The translations under genes and the position numbers were made by a program. Source: Candidatus Omnitrophota bacterium (GTDB lineage: Bacteria > Omnitrophota > Gorgyraeia > Gygaellales > Profunditerraquicolaceae). From it: a DNA stretch of 64,000 nt. Under the pieces are notes generated by a model. It saw only the letters and a list, made by a program, of their open reading frames with translations, was not told the origin of the DNA and did no database searches. Numbering within the stretch: the stretch's first letter is position 1; every line of letters begins with the position of its first letter. The stretch lies in NCBI GenBank assembly GCA_026416665.1, contig JAOAET010000051.1, forward strand, positions 139,800 through 203,799, read 5' to 3'. Positions 1 to 9,373 of the stretch are shown piece after piece.

Positions 1-559
1 GATCAACGGTGATAATCCTATTGTGTTCTTTAGCTATCCCTATGATTTTACATAAAAGGTCGGGATAAAAAAGCCCCTTTCCGTAGTCTTCCAATATCAA
101 AGCATCCATCTTACTTATTATTTTCTCTGTAGACTTAAATATCTTCTCTGCAATTTTTTTACTTATCAAGTGAGTCTGTTCCCAATCAAGACGTAACATC
201 TGCTGATGCCTTGCAAAAATACGTGTTTTAAGAGTGGTCGGTCGACTGCTATCTTGGACAATACCATTGATATCTATTTTACTGTTCTCCAGCTTATCTA
301 ACAAAAGCTGGCTGTGGTGGTCTTTTCCAATTACCCCTACTAAATAAACTTGAGCTCCTAAACTGCGTAGATTATTTGCCACATTTGCTGCTCCTCCAGG
401 GACAAAAGTGCGTTTCTGCGCCCAGACTACTGGCACAGGTGCCTCAGGGGAAATACGCTCAACATCACCCCAAATATATTCATCAAGCATAAGATCTCCT
501 ACTACCAGAACCTTTGCATTTTTAAATCTTTTAATCGCTGCGAACAGTTTCTCTTTCAT
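1..559 (-). CDS. rfaE: D-glycero-beta-D-manno-heptose-7-phosphate kinase (RfaE/HldE kinase domain), runs off the left window edge
   Basis: Not in the ORF track. Manual translation from ATG at 559 gives MKEKLF..VLVVGDLMLDEYIWGDVERISPEAPVPVV..PGGAANVA..DYGKG, typical RfaE domain I motifs. Confidence 0.9.
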   Translation of the reverse strand, partial: MKEKLFAAIKRFKNAKVLVVGDLMLDEYIWGDVERISPEAPVPVVWAQKRTFVPGGAANVANNLRSLGAQVYLVGVIGKDHHSQLLLDKLENSKIDINGIVQDSSRPTTLKTRIFARHQQMLRLDWEQTHLISKKIAEKIFKSTEKIISKMDALILEDYGKGLFYPDLLCKIIGIAKEHNRIITVD

Positions 560-626
560 AAATACACCCTTCTAAAATAATAGTTTTTAAACTCTATCAC
601 AATTTTTGTCTTTTCGCAACAGCTAA

Positions 627-2417
627 CTATGACTGTATCTGTTGCACTTCAAACAACCGCCAGTATAACCCCTTATTTTGAAGTAACTGTTCGTGTGTCC
701 CCTCTTCAACAATTCTGCCTGCATCAAGCACAATTATGCGATTAGCATTTTTTATAGTGGACAGTCTATGCGCAATAATCAATACTGTTTTTCCTTCTAT
801 CAATTGATTTATAGCGCTCTGAACTAACCTTTCTGCCTCAGAATCTAATTGTGAGGTTGCCTCATCTAAAATTAAAATAGGTGCATTTTTTAATATTGCG
901 CGTGCAATTGCGATTCTCTGTCTTTCTCCGCCAGAAAGTTTTGCCCCTCGGTCACCAATAACTGTTTCATAACCACAAGGCAAACGCATAATTGTCTCGT
1001 GAATAAATGCCTTTTTAGCTGCTTCTTCTACAGCTTCATCAGAAACATCCTCCATACCATAAGCAATGTTGTTACGAACTGTGTCGTTAAACAGAATGGT
1101 CTCTTGGGTAACCATGCCAATTTGACTGCGTAAAGATTTAAAAGTAACCAGACGTAAATCTACTCCGTCAATAAGGACCCTTCCCTGTGTTGGATCGTAG
1201 AACCTGGGGACTAAATCAAGAAGCGTAGTTTTTCCTGCGCCACTAAGACCTACAAAAGCAATAATCTCTCCTTTCTTAATCTTAAGGGATATACCTTTAA
1301 TTACAGGACCAAACCCATAATCAAACCATACATTATCAAAAATAATCTCATTGCTAAATGGGGGTAATTCTTTAGCGTCAAGTTTTTCTCTGACAGTAGC
1401 AGCCGTGTTTAAAATCTGTTGAACACGAACAATAGCTGCTAATGCCTGTTGAATAATTACGTTTACCTGCGAAAGCTTCTTAAATGGCCTGACCATAGAT
1501 AAAAGTGCGGCCATAGAGACTGTCAAAGCCCCCAAAGATAATTTACCATCTATTACTTCTCTTCCTTTCCAGACTAAAACCGATACACCTATAATAATGG
1601 CGATTAACTCCGTCAAAGGACTCAATAACAGTGAACGCTTAATAGACTTCATAGAAAGGCGATAATACCAGCTATTTGCTTTATTAAATTTTTCTAATTC
1701 CTTCTGTTCAGTTCCAAATGCCTTCACCAGTCGAGCACCAAAAATTGTCTCGTAAAGTATTGAATTAAGGTCAGCCATCTTCTCCTGTCCCTTTAAAGAC
1801 AGCTTTTTAATCATCTTGCCTACACGCACCATCGGTACCCCAATAAGTGGAACCATAATCAAAGAAATAATTGCAAGTTTATAATCAATAAATATAATCA
1901 TTGCACCAAAAACCAGTACTTGCAGTGATTGATAAACCAAATCTGTAGTAGCATAAGATATGGCGTTAGCAATAAGCCCAACATCGTGGGTAACTCGAGA
2001 CATTAGTTCTCCTGAACGCATTACCGAAAAGTAATCTAAAGATAACTGATGAAATTTCTCAAATAATCGTGAACGAATATCCCGAATGACTCGTTGGGCA
2101 ATATCGTTCATCAGATACCCTTGGATAAAACCAAAAATTCCTTTAAGAAGAAACAAAATAACCACTAAAACCGCCATCAGTTGTAGAAGATCCCTGCGAG
2201 GAATTCTATTGATATAGTCGACAAATATATTGATTTTCTGTGGTGCACCATCAGGTAGCCGAATCGGCTTTCCTGACAAGATAATGTCACCAAGCGGCAT
2301 AATCATCCCTAATGAAATGCCATCAAAAAAAGCAGATAATCCCATAGCCACAGTTGCCATGACAAACAGACTAAGGTGTGGACGAATAAATTTCCATAAC
2401 TTAAGAAAATGCTTCAT
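627..2417 (-). CDS. msbA: MsbA-like lipid A ABC exporter (TMD + NBD)
   Basis: N-terminal TM domain, Walker A GLSGAGKT, LSGGERQR signature, ILDEATS; LPS gene neighbourhood. Confidence 0.8.
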   Translation of the reverse strand: MKHFLKLWKFIRPHLSLFVMATVAMGLSAFFDGISLGMIMPLGDIILSGKPIRLPDGAPQKINIFVDYINRIPRRDLLQLMAVLVVILFLLKGIFGFIQGYLMNDIAQRVIRDIRSRLFEKFHQLSLDYFSVMRSGELMSRVTHDVGLIANAISYATTDLVYQSLQVLVFGAMIIFIDYKLAIISLIMVPLIGVPMVRVGKMIKKLSLKGQEKMADLNSILYETIFGARLVKAFGTEQKELEKFNKANSWYYRLSMKSIKRSLLLSPLTELIAIIIGVSVLVWKGREVIDGKLSLGALTVSMAALLSMVRPFKKLSQVNVIIQQALAAIVRVQQILNTAATVREKLDAKELPPFSNEIIFDNVWFDYGFGPVIKGISLKIKKGEIIAFVGLSGAGKTTLLDLVPRFYDPTQGRVLIDGVDLRLVTFKSLRSQIGMVTQETILFNDTVRNNIAYGMEDVSDEAVEEAAKKAFIHETIMRLPCGYETVIGDRGAKLSGGERQRIAIARAILKNAPILILDEATSQLDSEAERLVQSAINQLIEGKTVLIIAHRLSTIKNANRIIVLDAGRIVEEGTHEQLLQNKGLYWRLFEVQQIQS

Positions 2418-2505
2418 CTTTTTCTCTATCTTCCGGTTAAAAAATTACACCATAGAGCATCTTGACATATGAATAATTTACCTTTTGTTTATAGTATCAT
2501 ATCTA

Positions 2506-2534
2506 TTGACTTTTGTCGAGGGCTTTGCTACGAT
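2506..2534 (+). promoter_or_regulatory. Putative sigma70 promoter for oxidoreductase-lpxB
   Basis: TTGACT-N17-TACGAT ending 7 nt before the ATG at 2542. Confidence 0.45.
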
Positions 2535-2541
2535 GATTTTT

Positions 2542-3474
2542 ATGCACAAGATTAAAGTTGCGGTTATTGGTACTGGTTACTTAGGCAGTATTCACGCAAA
2601 GATTTATCAACAGCTACCCAACTGTCAACTCGTAGCTGTCTGTGATGTAAACCCTAATCGTTTAGAACAGGTCTGTCAAGATCTGAAGATCTGCGGGGTA
2701 ATAGACTACCGTGAGCTAATTGGTAAGGTAGATGCGGTAAGTATTTGTGTTCCTACAAGTCTTCACTTTAAGGTTGCCTGTGATTTCTTAACTGCAGGTA
2801 TTCCCTGTCTTGTAGAAAAACCTTTTACTAAAACACTTTCAGAAGCAGATATCCTTATTCGTATTGCCCGAAGGAAAAAAACTATTTTGGCTGTTGGACA
2901 TGTGGAACGTTACAACAGTGCCTTTACCGCTTGTCAGAAATATTTTCAACAACCCTATTTTATAGAATGCCACCGCCTCAGCCCTTTTACCCATCGTTCA
3001 TTAGACATAGGTGTGGTATTAGACTTAATGATTCATGATATTGATATTTGTCTGGGGTTGGTTCGTTTGCCACTAAGGCGTATTGAGGCAATTGGCGTCA
3101 ATGTCTTAACCAGTTATGAAGACATTGCTAATGCACGTTTGCATTTTGATAATGGCTGTATTGCCAACCTTACGGCTAGCCGTATCTCTGATGAAACGGT
3201 GCGTAAAATCCGCATCTTTTTAAAGAATGCTTATATTTCTTTAGATTATAAGAACCAACATGCCTTCTTATATCAAAAAAAATCTCAGACACAAATAACC
3301 AAAACGATTTTACCTATAGAGAAAGACCAACCTTTAGAAAAAGAGCTTTCTGCCTTCGTTTACGCAGTGGCTACTAAAACAAAACCATTGGTAACTGGTG
3401 AAATAGCTCGTCAAGCACTAGCAGTAGCCTTATCTATCCGTGACCAAATATGGAGAAAACTAAAAAAGTTTTAA
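2542..3474 (+). CDS. Gfo/Idh/MocA oxidoreductase, probably GnnA-like UDP-GlcNAc 3-dehydrogenase
   Basis: VAVIGTGYLG Rossmann motif, VEKP, DLMIHDID; overlaps lpxB. Start moved from 2485 to ATG 2542 (MHKIKVAV). Confidence 0.75.
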   Translation: MHKIKVAVIGTGYLGSIHAKIYQQLPNCQLVAVCDVNPNRLEQVCQDLKICGVIDYRELIGKVDAVSICVPTSLHFKVACDFLTAGIPCLVEKPFTKTLSEADILIRIARRKKTILAVGHVERYNSAFTACQKYFQQPYFIECHRLSPFTHRSLDIGVVLDLMIHDIDICLGLVRLPLRRIEAIGVNVLTSYEDIANARLHFDNGCIANLTASRISDETVRKIRIFLKNAYISLDYKNQHAFLYQKKSQTQITKTILPIEKDQPLEKELSAFVYAVATKTKPLVTGEIARQALAVALSIRDQIWRKLKKF

Positions 3475-4601
3475 TTGTTGCCGGAGAGGCTTCAGGAGAC
3501 CTGCATGCGGCTAATCTTGTTGAAGCTGTCAATGAGAAGTTGCCGAATGTAGAGTGGTTTGGCCTAGGCGGGAAACGCATGCTTAAAAAAGGTGTGCGGA
3601 TCATTGCTGATCCCACTGGGCTTGCTGTAGTTGGTTTCTGGGAAGTAGTAAAAAATATATTCTATTATAAAAAAATTTTTAAAAAGATACTTTGGCATTG
3701 TGCTCAAGAAAAACCAGACCTTGCTATATTAGTGGATTATCCTGGCTTTAATTTGCATTTATCTAAGGTCTTGAAGCAACGTGGCATTCCTGTCTTATAT
3801 TATATTAGTCCGCAAATTTGGGCCTGGGCGCCACAGCGAATAAAAACGATTAAAGAAACAGTAACTCATATGTTGGTCTTCTTTGATTTTGAGGAAGAAC
3901 TTTATCGGAAAGCAAAAGTTAAGGTAACCTGGGTCGGACATCCACTGGTAGAAACCACCAAATTAACCAGAAATACAAAAGAAATTTTTCAAGAACTAAA
4001 ACTGAGTCCTGAAAAACTAACTATCTGTCTTCTACCAGGTTCACGTGCCAAAGAAGTAAAAGTACTTCTCCCATTGATGCTCGAGTGTGCAAGGATTATC
4101 AAAGAATCTGTTGATAATATTCAATTTGTCTTGGCGAAATCCTCAACTGTAGAAGAAAAAGTTTATCTTAGATATTGTCAAGCACTTAATTTATCCCTTG
4201 CTGAGGTCTATGACAATACTGTAGAGGCGTTGGCAGTAAGCGATGTGGCTTTAGTTTGCTCAGGAACAGCAACTTTAGAAACAGCTTTAATGCAGGTTCC
4301 TATGGTTATCGTTTATAAGGTAAGTTTTCTAACCTGGATTTTTGCCCGACTTTTTATTCGTATTCCTTATATTGGTCTGGTAAATGTTGTATACGGGGCA
4401 AAATTAATCCCCGAATTTCTACAATCAAATGCTCGTGCTTTCACCATAGCCAACGTTATAATTAAGCTTTTAGAAGATAAAAAACAGCGAGAAAGAATAA
4501 GAGAAATTCTCTCTACTATCCGTCAGAAGTTAGGACCAAGCGGAGCCACTCTACGGGCTGCAGATATTGTTATCCGCTATCTAGAAGAAAAATCATCTTA
4601 A
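3450..4601 (+). CDS. lpxB: Lipid-A-disaccharide synthase
   Basis: AGEASGDLH, DYPGFN, YYISPQIWAW, LLPGSR, SGTATLE motifs. Confidence 0.95.
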   Translation: MEKTKKVLIVAGEASGDLHAANLVEAVNEKLPNVEWFGLGGKRMLKKGVRIIADPTGLAVVGFWEVVKNIFYYKKIFKKILWHCAQEKPDLAILVDYPGFNLHLSKVLKQRGIPVLYYISPQIWAWAPQRIKTIKETVTHMLVFFDFEEELYRKAKVKVTWVGHPLVETTKLTRNTKEIFQELKLSPEKLTICLLPGSRAKEVKVLLPLMLECARIIKESVDNIQFVLAKSSTVEEKVYLRYCQALNLSLAEVYDNTVEALAVSDVALVCSGTATLETALMQVPMVIVYKVSFLTWIFARLFIRIPYIGLVNVVYGAKLIPEFLQSNARAFTIANVIIKLLEDKKQRERIREILSTIRQKLGPSGATLRAADIVIRYLEEKSS

Positions 4602-4657
4602 AAAACGTAAACTAACCTATTATTATAGACTTCAACGTAGTTTTAGGAAAGTAAAAT

Positions 4658-6001
4658 TTAAATAAACTGTGCTAAAACCTTTCCTTCTTCGGAATAAGGG
4701 TCGATGGCCCTGGTAATATCAATAGTATGTGATTCTTCTGAAAGATTAATTAACTGTGGAGTATGTTCAGGGGGAAGGATTTCTACGATGGGTTTGAAAA
4801 TATTTTTAGTCTGCTGGCGCACCACTGCTTTGCTCTGGTTGCTTAGCTCAACTAATGTCCCTATTGGCCAGACTCCCATAATTTCAAAAAAAGTATCTAC
4901 TAGTTGCGGATAAAACATTTTCTCTTTTTCCTTCATCATTATCTCATATACTACATTAGGTGCAAGACCAGCTTTGTAACTTCTACGTGAGAACAATGCA
5001 TCGTAGATATCACATATACAGATAATCACACTACCTAAATGGGGTTTCTTATTAAAGTTAATCTTGGGGTAACCGTGCATATCACTTTTTAAATGATGTT
5101 CAAAAGCTGCCAGAACGGGCAGAGTCCCTAAAGTATCTACGTATCTTAGTAACAGTTCAGCACCATAAAGAGTGTGTCCTTTTATTTGTTCAAATTCACT
5201 GTTTGTCAAAGAAGAGGTTTTTCTAATAATTGTACGCGATACACCAAGTTTTCCGATATCATGAAAGAGCGCAGCAACCCCTATATCCAAAATATCCTCT
5301 TTATTAAACCCTAAGCGAGAAGCAAACAGCATCGCCAAAATTGCTACATTAATAATATGCGTAAAGGTACTTTGGTCATAACGTTTAAGCACAGTTATCT
5401 TTAGGAGATCCTTATGACCGTATACTAAACTTTCAAATAGGTTATTTAACTCAAAACGTATATCTAAAGCATTAATCTCCTGAGTATCTAAGATGTTATT
5501 TACACATCGCTGGAAAGACTGGGCAGACTTAGTGTAAAGACTAAGGGCATCCATAGCGGCTAAAGTATCTTTAACTTCTTGTTTATAGCTTTCGCCGCTA
5601 ATTCTACCTGCTTCAATAGTCTGCACTTTTTTTGCTGACAAAGCTTTCTGTATGTCTGGAATTTCCTTTTCGTTATGTGCAACCAACAACTCAAGGAATG
5701 TATAGAGATCATCTCTATTTAAACCTTTTCTGAATAGAATTCGTTCTATATTCCTCTTTTTTAGGAATTTAACGATGGGCTGTACTGTCTTAGAAAACTC
5801 AAAAAGTATATCCTTATCACAGGCAATCTCATCACCAATGATGCCAAAAACAATCTCCTGCTGTTGTTGCCATAATTCATCAAACGCCTGGATACAGCTT
5901 TCTATTGTTCCTTTTATTTTAGGATGCTCCAGCCCATACAAAGTGGTAAGCTGTAAGCTTGTCATAAAAGCACGCAATACTTTTTCAGCTTTCTCAACCA
6001 T
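4658..6001 (-). CDS. HD-GYP domain cyclic-dinucleotide phosphodiesterase
   Basis: HDIGK, HH..D.HGYP and DIYDAL..RRSYK motifs. Confidence 0.85.
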   Translation of the reverse strand: MVEKAEKVLRAFMTSLQLTTLYGLEHPKIKGTIESCIQAFDELWQQQQEIVFGIIGDEIACDKDILFEFSKTVQPIVKFLKKRNIERILFRKGLNRDDLYTFLELLVAHNEKEIPDIQKALSAKKVQTIEAGRISGESYKQEVKDTLAAMDALSLYTKSAQSFQRCVNNILDTQEINALDIRFELNNLFESLVYGHKDLLKITVLKRYDQSTFTHIINVAILAMLFASRLGFNKEDILDIGVAALFHDIGKLGVSRTIIRKTSSLTNSEFEQIKGHTLYGAELLLRYVDTLGTLPVLAAFEHHLKSDMHGYPKINFNKKPHLGSVIICICDIYDALFSRRSYKAGLAPNVVYEIMMKEKEKMFYPQLVDTFFEIMGVWPIGTLVELSNQSKAVVRQQTKNIFKPIVEILPPEHTPQLINLSEESHTIDITRAIDPYSEEGKVLAQFI

Positions 6002-7925
6002 TTAATATTACCTTTGTTTCTCTTATTTTATTGCGCAAGGGGAAATTCCAGAACGGAGTTTTCTTCTCTAAATAATCAAGATAATAAATGGCCTGACGGT
6101 ATTGCAACTCAGCAAGAAGCGACAAATTCTCTATTATTGTTTTGTTGTTTTTACCCCACTTATTTTCTACTCCTAAAAGTATATCTAAGGCACGTTGGGT
6201 ATCATTCTGCTCAGTAATTACTGTAAGAGCCTCTTTCTTAAGATAACTGGTAGAATTACGAAGGATCTCAAAAATAAATTCCTTGTGATATTCACCCAAC
6301 TGCGCCATTAACCGTAAAATCTCTGCTTTAATAAAATCATTAGATACTTCATAGAGTTTTTCAAAAATAGTAATTTTATCTTCCAATTCCAAATTTTTAA
6401 TTACTTCAATAATCCGAACACAAAATTCTATGTCCTCTTCTTTTTTTCTAAAATACTCATAAAAATCTAGACAGCGATTTTTAAAAACTTTAAAATAAAT
6501 TTTTATAGGAAGCGGAAAAACTTTTCCTTCCTCAAAAATTTTTCTCAAGTATTCTTCAGCGGAAGCTGTGCTTTCTGCAATATTCTCAAGATAGGAATAG
6601 ACCTCTTGCGGAGGATTTTCTTGCCATATAAACGAATCAAGAAATAAATTGATTCTGTTTTCCAACTCCTCAAAAACCTCTTTAAAACCTTTATCTAATT
6701 CTTTCTTGTCTTCAATAATTTTTTTTAAATCCAAAATAAAACGAAATTTATTTTCCTTTAACACACTATCCCAAATTTTCAAAATTTTTTCTACTATATG
6801 AACAGCCTTTTTAGGACTGTTTTGAAAGGACAAAAGGTCTAACAGGATTAACTGATAGTTATATTCTACTGCCTGACGGTCAAAAATAACCTCTGCGATA
6901 ATTTTATTTCTTTCTAAAAATGACCGCATAGCTTCTCTATAAACGGGTGGAATTTCTATATTTTTATCTAAATTAAATAATTTTTCCAACTTCTGCGCCA
7001 CCATAAAAGCAATGGCCTGATTATTTTCTTTATTAGCTTTCTCAGCAAGAAAAGCGGCGATTTGCTGATGAGTGCCTTTGCCAATTAATTTTGTTAAGAA
7101 AACAAACTGAGCTAGCTCTAACTCCTCTTTACTTAATAACCTCTGCCAAAGGACTTCGCAAAATTTCTCATCTGACACATCAATAAGAAATTCTTTTAAT
7201 CGCCTGGAGGCATTTTCATTTTTAATGAGTTGACTATCATTGATGGCCGCATTTAAAAGTGAATCTAAACACTGTTTAAATTTTATATAGTTATGTTTTT
7301 TTAAATAATCCAGGAAGGTATGCAGGTGCCTGGAGAATTGTTCGTCTTGCAAGAATTGTGATGGTTTAATAGTCTCAAGCAAAGAATTAAAATTATGCAC
7401 AAATTCATCTATTTTTTTTAGGTCTTCTTTACTTATAACCTCCTGCATAAAAAATGCCCAAACATCTTTTATCTGTTGACCCTGACCATGCAAGAGTTGT
7501 GAATAGTCCAAATCTTCCAACTGACAGTGTTCCAAATTCCCTTCCTCCCCTAAAATTATGGCTAAACCTTTTCTCTGTATAATTTCCTTCGCCGGAAGCG
7601 CCAATTTTTCAAAAAGGATTTTAAGTTCATCTGTTGTTACACCTTCAAAGAAACGAATACTTTTTATTTTTCTCTGATGTAGAAGTTGAGCAACTTCCTT
7701 ATAGAAGCTTTCCTTACTATAAAAAACACTCTCAAACCAGACACCTTCAGGGCTAATTAATATTTCTATTTGTTGCTTATCCTTAAGAATTGAATCTAGT
7801 TTTATTTTAAGTTCTTCTAAAGAATTCAAGAAAGCTTTATGTTCTTTAGAGTATAAGAGGATAAAATTGTAGGTAATACGAAAGGCCTTAATAAATTCTT
7901 CAAACATTATATTCTTTTCATTCAT
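5994..7925 (-). CDS. Hypothetical alpha-helical (HEAT-like C-terminus) protein
   Basis: 643 aa charged helical ORF overlapping the HD-GYP start; N-terminus resembles the HD-GYP N-terminus. Confidence 0.6.
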   Translation of the reverse strand: MNEKNIMFEEFIKAFRITYNFILLYSKEHKAFLNSLEELKIKLDSILKDKQQIEILISPEGVWFESVFYSKESFYKEVAQLLHQRKIKSIRFFEGVTTDELKILFEKLALPAKEIIQRKGLAIILGEEGNLEHCQLEDLDYSQLLHGQGQQIKDVWAFFMQEVISKEDLKKIDEFVHNFNSLLETIKPSQFLQDEQFSRHLHTFLDYLKKHNYIKFKQCLDSLLNAAINDSQLIKNENASRRLKEFLIDVSDEKFCEVLWQRLLSKEELELAQFVFLTKLIGKGTHQQIAAFLAEKANKENNQAIAFMVAQKLEKLFNLDKNIEIPPVYREAMRSFLERNKIIAEVIFDRQAVEYNYQLILLDLLSFQNSPKKAVHIVEKILKIWDSVLKENKFRFILDLKKIIEDKKELDKGFKEVFEELENRINLFLDSFIWQENPPQEVYSYLENIAESTASAEEYLRKIFEEGKVFPLPIKIYFKVFKNRCLDFYEYFRKKEEDIEFCVRIIEVIKNLELEDKITIFEKLYEVSNDFIKAEILRLMAQLGEYHKEFIFEILRNSTSYLKKEALTVITEQNDTQRALDILLGVENKWGKNNKTIIENLSLLAELQYRQAIYYLDYLEKKTPFWNFPLRNKIRETKVILNG

Positions 7926-7951
7926 ATTATTATTTTAAGAAAAAATAAAAT

Positions 7952-9070
7952 TTACTTCAAGTAGTAATTGGAATAGGCAGCTGTTATACGCTCTTCAATC
8001 GAAGGATGATCAAAAAAGATGAATTTTATGAAAGGATGAGGATTACGGTCAGCCAGATTATCCCTTGCTAACTTTTCCATTGTAGAGATAAATGCCTGGC
8101 GTTCAGAAATAAACATAAGTGCATACTTGTCCGCATTACTTTCTAAATGCCGACTTATAGCATTTACAAAGGGGCGACTAAAGACAGAAAAAATTATCCA
8201 ATAAATGAAGAATAGAGGCAAATTATCAATTCTCATAGTGAAGATTGTCCATTTTTGATTAAACAACCATAAAAAATAAAAGAACATTAAAGTTAATGCC
8301 GACTGTAACAAAAAAAGCTTGACAATATGATTCATACGTTGATGGGCAAACTCGTGGGCAAGTACAACTTCTATTTCTTGTGGTTCAAAACGTTGAAGTA
8401 GGTTGTCAGCAAGAAGAACTCTTCGTGTCTTACCCCAACCAACAAGAGCTGCGTTTACCTTATTAGTCTTAGAGCTTAAATCTATTTGGTATACTCCTAA
8501 TAAAGGAACTCCCATCTTGGCAGCTAAATCCATAATTTTTTGTCGAAGCTTTTCATCAGTTAAAACTTGGTATCTAAAAAAAATTGGGATAATAGTAAGG
8601 GGTGCTAAATAATTTAATAAGAAGCTCAAGGAAATCCAAATAAAAGCTGTTTGCCACCACCAGTTTAAGGGTTGCCAAATCATAACATACTGCCACAGCA
8701 CAATCCCTGAAAAAGTAATCACAAAACCTATTAGGTTCGCCTTTAAGTGATCCCGTAACCAACTAGTTACCTGTTGCTGACTTAACCCGAATTGATGTTC
8801 TAACAAGAAACAACTGTAGAAACTAAGAGGAAATTCTATAATAAAGTAAATTACTGCTAACAGAAAACTATACACAAGCAAAACACAGAAGAAATTGGAA
8901 CATACTTTCTGACTAAGGTTTGCCAAAAAAAATGATAAACCACTTCTCCAACAAATAGTCAAAAATATCAAAACATAAAATATTTCAACTAACTCTACTG
9001 TATATTTGATTGTACTGTATCTTCGGGCACGTTCTCTGACTTGCTTATTATCATTTTCAAAACTTCTCAT
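7952..9070 (-). CDS. M48 family (Ste24-like) membrane zinc metallopeptidase
   Basis: TM helices, NAALVG, HEFAH (HExxH), ESNAD, FFDHP. Confidence 0.9.
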   Translation of the reverse strand: MRSFENDNKQVRERARRYSTIKYTVELVEIFYVLIFLTICWRSGLSFFLANLSQKVCSNFFCVLLVYSFLLAVIYFIIEFPLSFYSCFLLEHQFGLSQQQVTSWLRDHLKANLIGFVITFSGIVLWQYVMIWQPLNWWWQTAFIWISLSFLLNYLAPLTIIPIFFRYQVLTDEKLRQKIMDLAAKMGVPLLGVYQIDLSSKTNKVNAALVGWGKTRRVLLADNLLQRFEPQEIEVVLAHEFAHQRMNHIVKLFLLQSALTLMFFYFLWLFNQKWTIFTMRIDNLPLFFIYWIIFSVFSRPFVNAISRHLESNADKYALMFISERQAFISTMEKLARDNLADRNPHPFIKFIFFDHPSIEERITAAYSNYYLK

Positions 9071-9300
9071 TTGTTGGCAATAACATTAACAAAAGTGCGA
9101 ATTGCACCACTAGGAGTTTTTTTACGACTAAAAACTACCTTGCCATCAATTAGTGCATAAAGAGTGCCTGTTCCTTTTACATTCTTACCCGCTTTGTAGG
9201 TATCAATACCCCGAACCAGTATTTGTCCTGCCTTAACCAGTTGCCCTGCAGAAACTTTTAAGGCCTTGTCCTTCTTAGGAGTCGATTTGCCACCTGTCAT
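9067..9300 (-). CDS. rpmA: Ribosomal protein bL27 (divergent)
   Basis: KV..GQLVKAGQILVR..YKAGKNV..TLYALIDGKVVF matches the L27 core; GGGAG RBS upstream. Confidence 0.8.
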   Translation of the reverse strand: MTGGKSTPKKDKALKVSAGQLVKAGQILVRGIDTYKAGKNVKGTGTLYALIDGKVVFSRKKTPSGAIRTFVNVIANK

Positions 9301-9373
9301 AGAACCTGTCTCCCTTTTGTTTTTAAAACAGTTTTAAATAATAAGTTGTTTTATATTAGCATAGAAAGTAATT

